DNA from: a bacterium
GTDB taxonomy: Bacteria; RBG-13-61-14; DATKZS01
Direction: 5' to 3'
Assembly: GCA_963674965.2 (NCBI GenBank)
Contig: CAXXFL010000001.1
Coordinates: 352,001 to 416,000, forward strand
Length of the DNA: 64,000 nt
Under the pieces are notes generated by a model. It was not told where the DNA came from. It was given only the letters and a program-made list of their open reading frames with translations, and ran no database searches. Both the position numbers and the translations under genes were made by a program. Below are positions 38,152-47,378 of this stretch, piece after piece (position 1 is the stretch's first letter; each line of letters opens with the position of its first letter).

Positions 38152-38466
38152 TCAATTATAACGGGGGCCGAATAATTCGCTCTCCATGAAACGTGAATCG
38201 TCACGGGCGAAAAGATTATTCTTTATCTCCCCTGGTTTAAACAGCTTTTCCATGTCGCTTAACGCCATTACCAGACGAATCAGTCGTTGCCTGTCCCCGG
38301 ACTCGATGTCCGATCCGGCCATGTCGGTCAGCCTTAGCGACCTGGGCTTTAAATTGTAGTTCCAGCATAGCTCGAGATACTCGAGCTTTTTAGAAAAGTA
38401 ATTGGTCTTAAGCCTTTTCCCCGCCGCTCCGCGCCTTTGCTCTTGTTGTCCATCAGGATTTATCAT
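38152..38466 (-). CDS. Hypothetical protein (104 aa)
   Basis: GAGGGGG RBS and a near-perfect sigma54 promoter upstream; no recognised domain. Confidence 0.55.
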   Translation of the reverse strand: MINPDGQQEQRRGAAGKRLKTNYFSKKLEYLELCWNYNLKPRSLRLTDMAGSDIESGDRQRLIRLVMALSDMEKLFKPGEIKNNLFARDDSRFMESELFGPRYN

Positions 38467-38525
38467 TTTATCCCCCCTCGTTGCCCCGCGCGTTATATGT
38501 TAAACCTGTCTTATTATTCGACTTA

Positions 38526-38541
38526 AGCAATTTATGTGCCA
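38526..38541 (-). promoter_or_regulatory. Sigma54 (-24/-12) promoter
   Basis: Minus strand TGGCACATAAATTGCT matches TGGCAC-N5-TTGCW. Confidence 0.75.
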
Positions 38542-38827
38542 GCCAAAGAGGGACTACCCGAGGCCACCTTAACTGGCTGAAATAGCTCCGTTTAGATAAA
38601 TTGATTGGCAGAAAGGACGATTTGTCCAATAGGTAAAAAAGTAAGACTAAGAACTTTTATTCGGCATTTTGCATGCTTATGCTATGCAAAAATTGCACTG
38701 GAAGGTATAAAACCAGGTAATATTGTAACATCCGTAATCATGAACTGGACTCTTGATTTGCGATCGCGTCATGGGATAGAAAAAGATGAAATCATACTAT
38801 TGCCGGACGATCTGGAAATTGCGCTGT

Positions 38828-40219
38828 TCAATCTTCCCAGGTTCCAAGTTCGTCTCTGATGCCTTGTTCGAGATGGGGATGGATAAAAGTGTAGCCCGAA
38901 TCGAGGAGCGCGCGGGGCGTCACTTTGGCTCCCGCCAAAAGAAGCGTCTGGCCCATTTCACCGTAAACGGCCCTTATCGCGGCGGGGGGCACTCTGAGGA
39001 ATAGGGGCTTTTTCATCACCCTTGCCAGGGTCCGGGAAAATTCCTCGTTCGTGACCGGGTTGGGCGAGACGACGTTGACCGGTCCGCTAAGTGACTCGCT
39101 AAATAAGGCGTGGTGAATGGCCCCTATTACGTCATCGAGGGAGACCCAGCTTATGACCTGGCGGCCATGGCCGGCCGCGGCTCCCATCCCCAGCCTGAAG
39201 AGGGGAACCATCTGGGCCAGCGCTCCGCCGGAGGACGACAGGGCGACCCCCAGCCGAAGCTTGATCACCTTGACTCCGGCCTCCTCCGCCGGCCCCGCGG
39301 CGTTCTCCCAGTCCCGGCACACCCGGGCGAGGAAATCGTCCCCCGCCTCCCTGTCCTCGCCGCAGGTCACGTCCGAGGCGCATGGGCCGTAGTAGCCCAC
39401 GGCCGACGCCGTGATAAGCGTACCGGGCGGGTCTTTCAAGGAGGCCATCTTCTCCGCGATGAGGCGCGTCGAGTCCACGCGGCTATTGTATATGGCCTCC
39501 TTTTTCGATTCACTCCAGCGGGAGTTGGTGAGGTTCTCGCCCGAGAGATGAATAACAGTGTCGGCCCCCTCGAGGTCCTCGGCCTCGAGACGGCCCCGGG
39601 CCGGGTCCCATTCTATCTCCCCCGAGCAGGGCTCGGCCGAGCGTCTGACCAGCCTTGTCACCTCGTGTCCGCCGGTCTGAAGAAAAGCCGTCAGTTGGGC
39701 GCCCACCACTCCCGAGGCCCCGCTGACGATCACCCGTTTCGGACCCTGGTCCTTTACCCCCCGGTGGAGGGCAAAGTCGTTCTCCAGTCTTCTGGCCCTG
39801 TGCCTGAACAAGCGCTCGAGGGTCGAGCGAAAATACCATCCCAAAAGGGGCCGGCCGATGGATTCCAGGGGCGGCTTATACTCGACGGAATCCTTTATTA
39901 TGGTCCCGCCCTCTCCATCGGGAAGGAATTGGTGATGATGACGCCACTTGGAAAAGGGGCCCTCGAGCTGCTCGTCCGTAAAGCTTTGCCCGTCCATGAA
40001 CTCCCAGAGGAGTGAGTGCCACATAAACGAGAAAGGCCCCTTTTGCATCCGGATGACCGACATGCGGGCGTCCTTGTCAAAGGGGACGTCCTCGATCACG
40101 CGCGCCCTTTCCCAGGGTGGAGACAGACGAGCGAAGGCGCCCGGCCTGAGGTGCCAGTCGTAGACCTCTTTGGGATCGGCGTCGATCCTCGTTGTCGTTT
40201 CGAAAACGGGCATGTTCAC
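38828..40219 (-). CDS. TIGR01777-family NAD-dependent epimerase/oxidoreductase with N-terminal SRPBCC domain
   Basis: WHLRPGAFARLSPPW, DEQLEGPFSKWRHHH (SRPBCC); SGASGVVG, SAVGYYG, FLARVCRDWE, GPVN. Start may be ATG 40213. Confidence 0.92.
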   Translation of the reverse strand: MNMPVFETTTRIDADPKEVYDWHLRPGAFARLSPPWERARVIEDVPFDKDARMSVIRMQKGPFSFMWHSLLWEFMDGQSFTDEQLEGPFSKWRHHHQFLPDGEGGTIIKDSVEYKPPLESIGRPLLGWYFRSTLERLFRHRARRLENDFALHRGVKDQGPKRVIVSGASGVVGAQLTAFLQTGGHEVTRLVRRSAEPCSGEIEWDPARGRLEAEDLEGADTVIHLSGENLTNSRWSESKKEAIYNSRVDSTRLIAEKMASLKDPPGTLITASAVGYYGPCASDVTCGEDREAGDDFLARVCRDWENAAGPAEEAGVKVIKLRLGVALSSSGGALAQMVPLFRLGMGAAAGHGRQVISWVSLDDVIGAIHHALFSESLSGPVNVVSPNPVTNEEFSRTLARVMKKPLFLRVPPAAIRAVYGEMGQTLLLAGAKVTPRALLDSGYTFIHPHLEQGIRDELGTWED

Positions 40220-40803
40220 CGGAAATTTTCGTCTCTACGTCATGGAAATATTCATGACGGCCATCATGGCAAAGACGACGACCACCCCCTTCGCGGGTTA
40301 GGCGAAGATGAAAAAGCCAAGTTGTTAAACGGCGCGTCCCTCTCCCAGTTACGCGCTTTGCTGGAGGATGGAGGCGAATCTTAATCGCCTTGGATTTAAT
40401 TATACCAGTTTGACGACCGGTTTCAAGCCCGGATATCTATCGTTATCCGCGAGGAAGTCTTCAGCGCATCGAGCGCTTTACCATCCCGTTGATGGGGGAG
40501 ACTACCCGTACTAATTGTCCTGGGCCTACATATGTCTGGCGGTCGCGCAAAGCAAAAAACCACGGCGCCTCGTGAGTCTTTTCCATAAGAGATGTACACG
40601 TCATCGATTTATCTCAAAGGCAATTCGGAAATATGACGCGCATTGACGAGGCAAATTGCAAGAGCGGCCAATCATAATCGTCGCTCCCTTGCCGCCCTCC
40701 CCTTTCCGAAACCACGCTTGATTTCATGACATATTGAACAAGCCCCCAAAGACCCTTGGCTCGATTTCTGTCAAGTTCTCCTTCCCAATGATATAATTGG
40801 TCC

Positions 40804-41586
40804 ATGCTGGCAAAACGAATCATACCCTGCCTGGACGTAAAGGACGGGCGCGTGGTCAAGGGCGTAAATTTCGTGGACCTTCGCGACGCGGGGGACCCGG
40901 TCGAGTGCGCGGTGGCTTACGACGCGCAGGGGGCGGACGAGCTGACCTTCCTGGACATTACCGCCAGCCACGAGAAGCGGGACATCATCCTGGACGTTGT
41001 CGCGAGGACGGCGGAGAGGGTGTTCATGCCCCTTACCGTGGGCGGCGGGCTCCGCGTCCTGGACGACGTGCGGAACCTGCTTAACGCGGGGGCGGACAAG
41101 GTCAGTATCAACACGGCGGCGGTGCGCGAGCCCGAGTTCGTGAAAAAGGCGGCCGAGCGCTTCGGCAGCCAGTGCATCGTGGTGGCGGTCGACGCCAAGC
41201 GCGTTCCCGGCTCGGACCCACTCCGCTGGGAGGTCTACACTCACGGGGGCAGGAAGCCCACCGGCATCGACGCTCTCGAGTGGGGCGTTATGATGGAGGA
41301 GTACGGCGCGGGCGAGATACTTCTTACCAGCATGGACCGGGACGGGACCAGGATCGGCTTCGACCTCGAGCTGACCAGGACCTTCGCCGTTACCTTGTCC
41401 GTGCCCATCATCGCCAGCGGCGGGGTGGGAAACCTCGAGCATATTTACGAGGGCTTGACCGCGGGGAGGGCCTCGGCGGCCCTGGCCGCCTCGATATTCC
41501 ATTACGGCGAATATACCGTGGCCCAGTGCAAGGAATACCTGGAGAAAAAGGGCGTGCCCACGCGGCCGATGGTGGAACGGATTTAG
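40804..41586 (+). CDS. hisF: Imidazole glycerol phosphate synthase cyclase subunit
   Basis: [56 protein letters not shown]. Confidence 0.98.
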   Translation: MLAKRIIPCLDVKDGRVVKGVNFVDLRDAGDPVECAVAYDAQGADELTFLDITASHEKRDIILDVVARTAERVFMPLTVGGGLRVLDDVRNLLNAGADKVSINTAAVREPEFVKKAAERFGSQCIVVAVDAKRVPGSDPLRWEVYTHGGRKPTGIDALEWGVMMEEYGAGEILLTSMDRDGTRIGFDLELTRTFAVTLSVPIIASGGVGNLEHIYEGLTAGRASAALAASIFHYGEYTVAQCKEYLEKKGVPTRPMVERI

Positions 41587-41905
41587 CCGAGCGTCCACTT
41601 TTTTTATCCCGCCGTGAAAAGGGCCTTGAAGAGAAGCGGCCGAGGCTTTCGGGCCGAGGCCCTCAACTTGACTGGGATGGCCCATAATGGTAGCGTAATC
41701 ATTAGTATTATTGCCGCCATGGCGGTTGGGCGGTTATTCACGCTTGACGCGGTAGTCTCGTGGGGCCATCCTTTTCACGGCAGAGAAAATCCGGCCATGG
41801 AGGTTTATAAGCGCGACGATATCGGTTATCCGGGCCGGCGTCGCGTTAGGGTGAAGGCGCGTTGATTTCGCGCCGACGAAATACTTTTGTCGCGGGGGTT
41901 TGTAA

Positions 41906-42868
41906 ATGACCAAGCAATCGGATATGCCGGACCTCGGTTCGGTGGTCGAACGCATGAGGGAGAAGTATCCAAACACTCCTGACCAGTTGATTCCCTTGTT
42001 GCAGTTCGTGCAAAGCGAGATGGGCTATTTGCCGATGGAGTCCATGAATTACATCGCCGAATACCTGAGGGTCCCTGCCAGCCACGTTTACGGCGTGGCC
42101 ACCTTTTACGCCCAGTTCCGTTTTTCTCCCCTCGGGAAGAACCGCATCACCGTATGCAGGGGGACCGCGTGCCACGTGCGCGGCGGCAAGAAGATCATCG
42201 AGGAAATATCCAAGACCCTCGGCGTCCAGGATGGAGAGACCACCGAGGACTTGTCCTTTTCCCTCGAGACGGTGGCCTGCGTCGGGTCCTGCGCCCTGGC
42301 GCCGGTGGTGGTCGTAAACGACAGGGTCCACGGCAAGGTCACGCCCAAGAAGATGAGGAATATCATCTATGAGCTGCAGGGCAGGAAAATCGAGGACCTC
42401 GAGGAAGCGGTAGAAGAGGCCCCCGAGGAAAAGAAGAAAGAGAAACCGGCGCCCGTCAAGAAGGCGCCTAAAAAGGCCGAACAAAAGCCGGCCGCCAAGG
42501 AGGCCGCGGAAGATGTTAAAAAAGCGGCCCCCAAAAAGGCCGTTAAAAAGGCCGCCAAGAAAGCCGCGAAAAAGGCGGTAAAGAAAGTCGTTAAAAAGAA
42601 AGCGGCGAAGAAGGCGGCCAAGAAAACCGCTAAAAAAGCCGCCGCTAAAAAAGCCGTAAAAAAGGCCTCGGCCAAAAAGGCGGTTAAGAAAGCGGCCAAA
42701 AAGGCGGCCCCTAAAAAAGCCGCCAAGAAAGCGGCAAAGAAGGCCGTTAAAAAAGCCGCGGCTAAAAAGCCCGCCGGGAAGGCCGTAAAGAAAGCCGCCG
42801 CTAAAAAGGCGGTCAAGAAGGCGGCCAAAAAGGCCGTAAAGAAAACGGCAAAAAGGCGGTCCAGGTAA
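41906..42868 (+). CDS. NuoE/HydC-like [2Fe-2S] subunit with long Lys/Ala-rich (histone H1-like) C-terminal tail
   Basis: GVATFYAQF, CRGTACHV, ACVGSCALAP; then about 145 aa of KKAA/KKAV/PKK repeats. Confidence 0.9.
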   Translation: MTKQSDMPDLGSVVERMREKYPNTPDQLIPLLQFVQSEMGYLPMESMNYIAEYLRVPASHVYGVATFYAQFRFSPLGKNRITVCRGTACHVRGGKKIIEEISKTLGVQDGETTEDLSFSLETVACVGSCALAPVVVVNDRVHGKVTPKKMRNIIYELQGRKIEDLEEAVEEAPEEKKKEKPAPVKKAPKKAEQKPAAKEAAEDVKKAAPKKAVKKAAKKAAKKAVKKVVKKKAAKKAAKKTAKKAAAKKAVKKASAKKAVKKAAKKAAPKKAAKKAAKKAVKKAAAKKPAGKAVKKAAAKKAVKKAAKKAVKKTAKRRSR

Positions 42869-42950
42869 GGCGCCGGGGAGCGGCGCCGCCGGGCGGCGGA
42901 AACTTACCGCTCCGTAACCTTTACAGGAAGTATATATCAGGGGAGTAGAC

Positions 42951-44828
42951 ATGGAAAAGATCGCTTCAATAAGTGAATTACAATCCCTTGCGGAAAAGAT
43001 TCGGGCCTCGCGCGACCCCAACCGGCCCATGGTCACCATCTGCGCGGGCACGGGCTGCCGCGCCAACGGCAGCATGGAACTGGCCGAGACCCTGGCCCGC
43101 GAGCTCAAGGCCCGCGACCTGGACGTCAAGGTCGAGATAAAACTGAGCGGCTGCCACGGACTTTGCCAAAAGGGACCGGTGGTGGTGGTCGATCCCCAGG
43201 GGATTTTCTATCAGGAAGTGGGAATCACGGACGTCGAGCGGGACGTAAAGGACATTATCGAGCAGACCATCGTCGGCGGCGAGTTGGTAAAGCGCCTGCT
43301 TTACAAGGACCCCAACACCAAGGAGAGGGTATCCAATTACAACGAGATTCCCTTTTACGCCCGCCAGATGCGAATCGCCCTTAAAAACAACGGCAAAATC
43401 GACCCGCGCAATATAGACGATTACATAGCGGTCGACGGTTACCAGGCCCTGGCCAAGGTACTTGCCATGGACCCCGAGGAAGTGATCGACTGGATGAAAC
43501 GCTCCGGGCTCCGGGGACGCGGAGGCGGGGGCTTTCCCACCGGCATGAAGTGGGGCTTCTGCCGCAACGCGCCCAACAAAACCATGCGGTACATCATCTG
43601 CAACGCCGACGAGGGAGACCCCGGCGCCTTCATGGACAGGTCCATTATGGAGGGTGACCCCCATTCCGTGCTCGAGGGCATGGCCATCGGCGCCTACGCC
43701 ATGTCAAAGGGAATATGCCCCACCGCCGGTTACATCTACATCCGGGCCGAGTACCCCCTGGCCGTCGAGAACGTGTCCGAGGCCATAAGGCAGGCCGAGG
43801 AAAGGGGCGTACTGGGCGACAATATCATGGGGACCGACTACAGCTTCCATATCAAGCTTAAAGAGGGCGCGGGCGCCTTCGTGTGCGGCGAGGAAACGGC
43901 CATGATGGCGTCCATCGAGGGAGACCGGGGCATGCCCCGTCCCCGCCCGCCTTTCCCGGCCAACAAGGGTCTCTTCGGCAAGCCCTCCAATATCAACAAC
44001 GTCGAGACCTGGGCCAACGTCCCGAAAATCATCCTGGGCGGACCCGACTGGTACGCTTCCATCGGCACGGAGAAGAGCAAGGGCACCAAGGTCTTCAGCC
44101 TGGTGGGCAAGGTCCAGAACTGCGGCCTGGTCGAGGTCCCCATGGGCATTTCCCTCAAGGAAATCATCTACGATATCGGCGGCGGCATCCCCGACAGGGG
44201 CGAGTATAAGGCGGCCCAGACCGGCGGCCCCTCCGGCGGCTGCCTTCCTATCGACATGCTCGACCTGCCCATCGACTTCGAGCACCTGGCCGAGGTCGGA
44301 TCGATTATGGGATCGGGCGGCCTGGTCGTCATGGACGACAAGACCTGCATGGTCGATATCGCCCGCTACTTTTTGACCTTCACCCAGGCCGAGAGCTGCG
44401 GAAAATGCACCCCCTGCCGGCTCGGGACCAAGGCCATGCTGGACATCCTCAACCGGATCACCAAGGGACAGGGAAAACCTGAGGATATCGACCTCCTCGA
44501 GGAGTTGGCCCACGCCATTAAAAGCGGGAGCCTTTGCGGACTGGGACAGACCGCGCCCAACCCCGTTTTAACCACGCTCAAGTATTTCCGCGACGAATAC
44601 GAAGCGCACGTGAACGACAAGAAATGTCCCGCCGGGGCCTGCGAGTCCCTGGTTACCTTCGTGATCGATCCTGAAACCTGCCGCGGATGCAGGGCCTGCG
44701 TCATGGCCTGCCCCACCGAGGCCATCTCGGGAGAGAAAAAACAGCCTCACGTGATCGACCAGGAAAAGTGTATCAGGTGCGGTTCCTGCCGCGACAAGTG
44801 CAAGTTCGGAGCAATCCTGGTCGCGTAA
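42951..44828 (+). CDS. NuoF/HydB-like NAD(H)/FMN-binding subunit with extra Fe-S domains
   Basis: CAGTGC and GCHGLCQKGP (thioredoxin-like 2Fe-2S), RGRGGGGFPTG, NADEGDPGAFMD, CGEETA, ESCGKCTPCR, SLCGLG, two CxxCxxCxxxC ferredoxin motifs. Confidence 0.95.
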   Translation: MEKIASISELQSLAEKIRASRDPNRPMVTICAGTGCRANGSMELAETLARELKARDLDVKVEIKLSGCHGLCQKGPVVVVDPQGIFYQEVGITDVERDVKDIIEQTIVGGELVKRLLYKDPNTKERVSNYNEIPFYARQMRIALKNNGKIDPRNIDDYIAVDGYQALAKVLAMDPEEVIDWMKRSGLRGRGGGGFPTGMKWGFCRNAPNKTMRYIICNADEGDPGAFMDRSIMEGDPHSVLEGMAIGAYAMSKGICPTAGYIYIRAEYPLAVENVSEAIRQAEERGVLGDNIMGTDYSFHIKLKEGAGAFVCGEETAMMASIEGDRGMPRPRPPFPANKGLFGKPSNINNVETWANVPKIILGGPDWYASIGTEKSKGTKVFSLVGKVQNCGLVEVPMGISLKEIIYDIGGGIPDRGEYKAAQTGGPSGGCLPIDMLDLPIDFEHLAEVGSIMGSGGLVVMDDKTCMVDIARYFLTFTQAESCGKCTPCRLGTKAMLDILNRITKGQGKPEDIDLLEELAHAIKSGSLCGLGQTAPNPVLTTLKYFRDEYEAHVNDKKCPAGACESLVTFVIDPETCRGCRACVMACPTEAISGEKKQPHVIDQEKCIRCGSCRDKCKFGAILVA

Positions 44829-44853
44829 AAAGTCACCTATGGATATCCATCTC

Positions 44854-44881
44854 GGGGAAGGCCATTGGCCTTCCCCTTTTT
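44854..44881 (+). terminator. Intrinsic terminator after the NuoF-like gene
   Basis: GGGGAAGGCC-ATT-GGCCTTCCCC followed by TTTTT. Confidence 0.85.
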
Positions 44882-45027
44882 GTGGCAATTACGTCACGAA
44901 TCCGGCAAGTCTTCTGGTTACTGATATTTCGTGAATGTCTTTATATTACAATGACTAAAGCGCGTTGGAGCGATTTTTCGCCATTATTGAAGCACAGGAC
45001 AGTATCGGCAAAATTGCCTCTCGTCCA

Positions 45028-45056
45028 TTGACAGGACGGCGGCCTCATGGTAAATT
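45028..45056 (+). promoter_or_regulatory. Sigma70 promoter of nrpR
   Basis: TTGACA-17 bp-TAAATT with TG extension, ending 8 nt before ATG 45065. Confidence 0.65.
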
Positions 45057-45064
45057 TTACATCC

Positions 45065-46072
45065 ATGAACTCGAAAACCGAAAGAAAACAACTGGCAATA
45101 TTACGGATTATGCGCGACGCCAACCGTCCCGTCGGCAGCGGCAAGATAACCGAGCAACTCCGCGCCATGGGCTACGAGGCGAGCGAGCGCACGGTCAGGT
45201 ATTATCTTTTAGGCATGGACCAGGAAGGTCTCACGGACAACCAGGGCAAAAAAGGCCGCATGATAACTGAAAAGGGCTTAAGGGAACTCGATACGGCCCG
45301 GGTGATAGAAAAGGTCGGTTTCCTTGCCGCCAAGATAGACCAGATGACCTACCGGATGAGCTTCGACCTCAGCCGGAAAAGCGGCACGGTGATAGTGAAC
45401 GCGACGGTAATAGACAAGTCCAGGCTCCGCCAGGCGGCGCCTCTTTTTTCGCGCGTATTCGAGGCGGGCTACTCGATGGGCGAGATGATGGCCCTTTTCG
45501 ACTCGGGCCAAAGGGTGGGCGCCATCGAGATTCCGGACGGCTCGGTCGGCCTGGGCACGGTGTGCTCCATAACTTTAAACGGCGTACTCCTCGCCCACGG
45601 TATTCCCACTCACTCGAGGTTTGGAGGGCTGCTCGAGCTTATCGATAGAAAGCCCAGCCGTTTCGTCGAGATCATCACCTACGAGGGGACCAGCCTGGAC
45701 CCGCTCGAGGTTTTCATCCGCAGCGGGATGACGGACTACACGGGCGCGACCATGAACGGCACGGGCAAAATCGGCGTGGGTTTCCGCGAGGTTCCGGCCG
45801 AGAGCAGGGACGACGTTATCGACCTGGCTCAAAAGCTCGTCAATGTGGGCCTGGGCGGGTTCATGACCATCGGCTGGCCGGGCCAGCCCCTTCTCGAGGT
45901 CCCCGTGAACGAGGGCCGGGTGGGGGCCATCGTGATAGGCGGCCTTAATCCCTCGGCCATGCTGGAGGAAACATCCATCCACGTCAAGTCCAGGGCCCTG
46001 GCCGGATTCGTCGAGTATGAGGAGTTGTTCCCTTATTGGGAACTCAATGAAAGGATCGGGCGGCTTAACTGA
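45065..46072 (+). CDS. nrpR: NrpR-family (DUF128) transcriptional regulator: wHTH plus a single NRD domain
   Basis: ILRIM...GS..I...SERTVRYYL...GRMITEKG (wHTH); GTVIVN, TVCSITLNGVLL, YEGTSLDPLEVF, GGLNP. Confidence 0.88.
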   Translation: MNSKTERKQLAILRIMRDANRPVGSGKITEQLRAMGYEASERTVRYYLLGMDQEGLTDNQGKKGRMITEKGLRELDTARVIEKVGFLAAKIDQMTYRMSFDLSRKSGTVIVNATVIDKSRLRQAAPLFSRVFEAGYSMGEMMALFDSGQRVGAIEIPDGSVGLGTVCSITLNGVLLAHGIPTHSRFGGLLELIDRKPSRFVEIITYEGTSLDPLEVFIRSGMTDYTGATMNGTGKIGVGFREVPAESRDDVIDLAQKLVNVGLGGFMTIGWPGQPLLEVPVNEGRVGAIVIGGLNPSAMLEETSIHVKSRALAGFVEYEELFPYWELNERIGRLN

Positions 46073-46077
46073 ACCGG

Positions 46078-46773
46078 TTAGATTTTTTCCGGTTCTATCG
46101 ACGTTATCTTGCCCGTGGTGATCTTTTTAAGGAAGGGAAGGAATATCGTATAAAGGGTCTTCTTGACTATTTCCTTGTATTCCTCGCCGCCGGGGTCCAT
46201 GCCCATGACTTGGGCCGTCGATACCCTCGAGCCCAGGTACACGAACAACACGGTTATAAAGGTGGTGTGATATATCATCACTTCTTCCTGGGGAACCCGT
46301 ATGGTGACTTCCCTTTCAAAGGCCAGCCTCGTGTCGGTAAACAACTGGATAAGCATCTCGATGCCCGGCAGTTTCTCGCCCCTTTCCACCTGGGTGATGT
46401 TGAGCATGATGGTCCTTAAAAGCTCGGGACGATAGAAGTGGAAGTTTAGTACCCGGTCGAGAAAGGTCTCGAGGCCCCGGTTGGTGGAGAGAAGGTTCAA
46501 TCCCACGTAGGCGCTCTCGTTGGCCTCGCGCATCTCCTGGCAGATTTCCCCCACCACGGCCTTGAAAAGGTCCGCCTTGGTGGGAAAATAATAATGCACC
46601 AGGGGAAACTCGAAACCGCCTTCCTTGCCTATCATCCTGATGCTGGCGGACTTATAGGGATGCTCGGAAAAAACCTTCCGCGCCGCGGTGAGTATTTTCC
46701 TCCTTGTCTTGTCGTCTCCCTTTTTCACGCCCTCGCGCTTGGAAGCGGCTTTTTTCTTCTTTTCATTGGCCAT
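46078..46773 (-). CDS. TetR/AcrR-family transcriptional regulator
   Basis: TRRKILTAARKVFSE...SIRMIG...LVHYYFPTKADLF. Confidence 0.9.
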   Translation of the reverse strand: MANEKKKKAASKREGVKKGDDKTRRKILTAARKVFSEHPYKSASIRMIGKEGGFEFPLVHYYFPTKADLFKAVVGEICQEMREANESAYVGLNLLSTNRGLETFLDRVLNFHFYRPELLRTIMLNITQVERGEKLPGIEMLIQLFTDTRLAFEREVTIRVPQEEVMIYHTTFITVLFVYLGSRVSTAQVMGMDPGGEEYKEIVKKTLYTIFLPFLKKITTGKITSIEPEKI

Positions 46774-47000
46774 TATTTCGATCGTCTCCGGTGTTGCGGC
46801 CAGTTTAAATCCAAGACGCGACCGTGTCAAGTAACCGATACTCCAGAGGTTTTTATATTACGGCGATCGGGCCGGTCCGCCGGCGGACCTTTGGCCAGAC
46901 CTCAGCATGGTTGACCGGCGTAGGTTATGGAATATTCATCGGGCTCCATGGCTTGAGTGAAAGTTTTTTATCCAAATTCTTTAGGTGAGTTCCTGAGGCC

Positions 47001-47315
47001 GTCTCCGAAGACTCTCGGACCACCTCCGCCGTCAACGCCATGAGCGCCCCCGACTCCCGCCTGGTCATGAACTATACAGACGCCGAGCGCGCCCATAAAA
47101 AAATCACCCTGCTAAGGACCGCGCGCTGGTTTGGAGAGCCGGTCCGTTTCGGCTGGGACCCGGACCGACTCCCGTTATGGACGCGGGAACATGGCTTCAC
47201 CGTCCTCGCCGACCACTCCGACCTCGAACTCGCCGCCCGCTACTTCCCCCCGCCCCTCTCCACCAACTTCCCCAACCGAGGAGGCCACGTCGCTATCCTG
47301 GCCCCCAACGGGTAA
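47001..47315 (+). pseudogene. C-terminal remnant of an LCM-family SAM-dependent methyltransferase
   Basis: SAPDSRLVMNY...GEPVRFGWDPDRLP.W..EHGF.VL.D resembles the C-terminus of that family; no N-terminal SAM-binding part upstream. 5' boundary approximate. Confidence 0.5.
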
Positions 47316-47378
47316 AATAATATGGACGTGTATGGCGAGAGGGTCGTGCGTTTCGCCCTCCGCTTTTATGGTCCGTTA

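Noticed and set aside
38661-38677. Plus-strand GG-N10-GC (TCGGCATTTTGCATGCT) as a second sigma54 promoter
   Set aside because: Poor -12 context, overlaps the palindrome, and no credible downstream plus-strand gene.
40235-40760. Intergenic stretch with a hydrophobic minus-strand fragment (GFFIFA*PAKGVVVVFAMMAVM) and palindrome CGTCATG-N8-CATGACG
   Set aside because: Possibly a decayed membrane-protein gene, but too short and interrupted to assign.
42430-42865. Repetitive DNA that might be a CRISPR array or tandem DNA repeat
   Set aside because: No constant repeat with unique spacers; the periodicity comes from encoded KKAA peptides with variable codons.
44882-45064. Archaeal-type NrpR operator (GGAA-N6-TTCC) upstream of nrpR
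   Set aside because: No match seen by eye in this interval.
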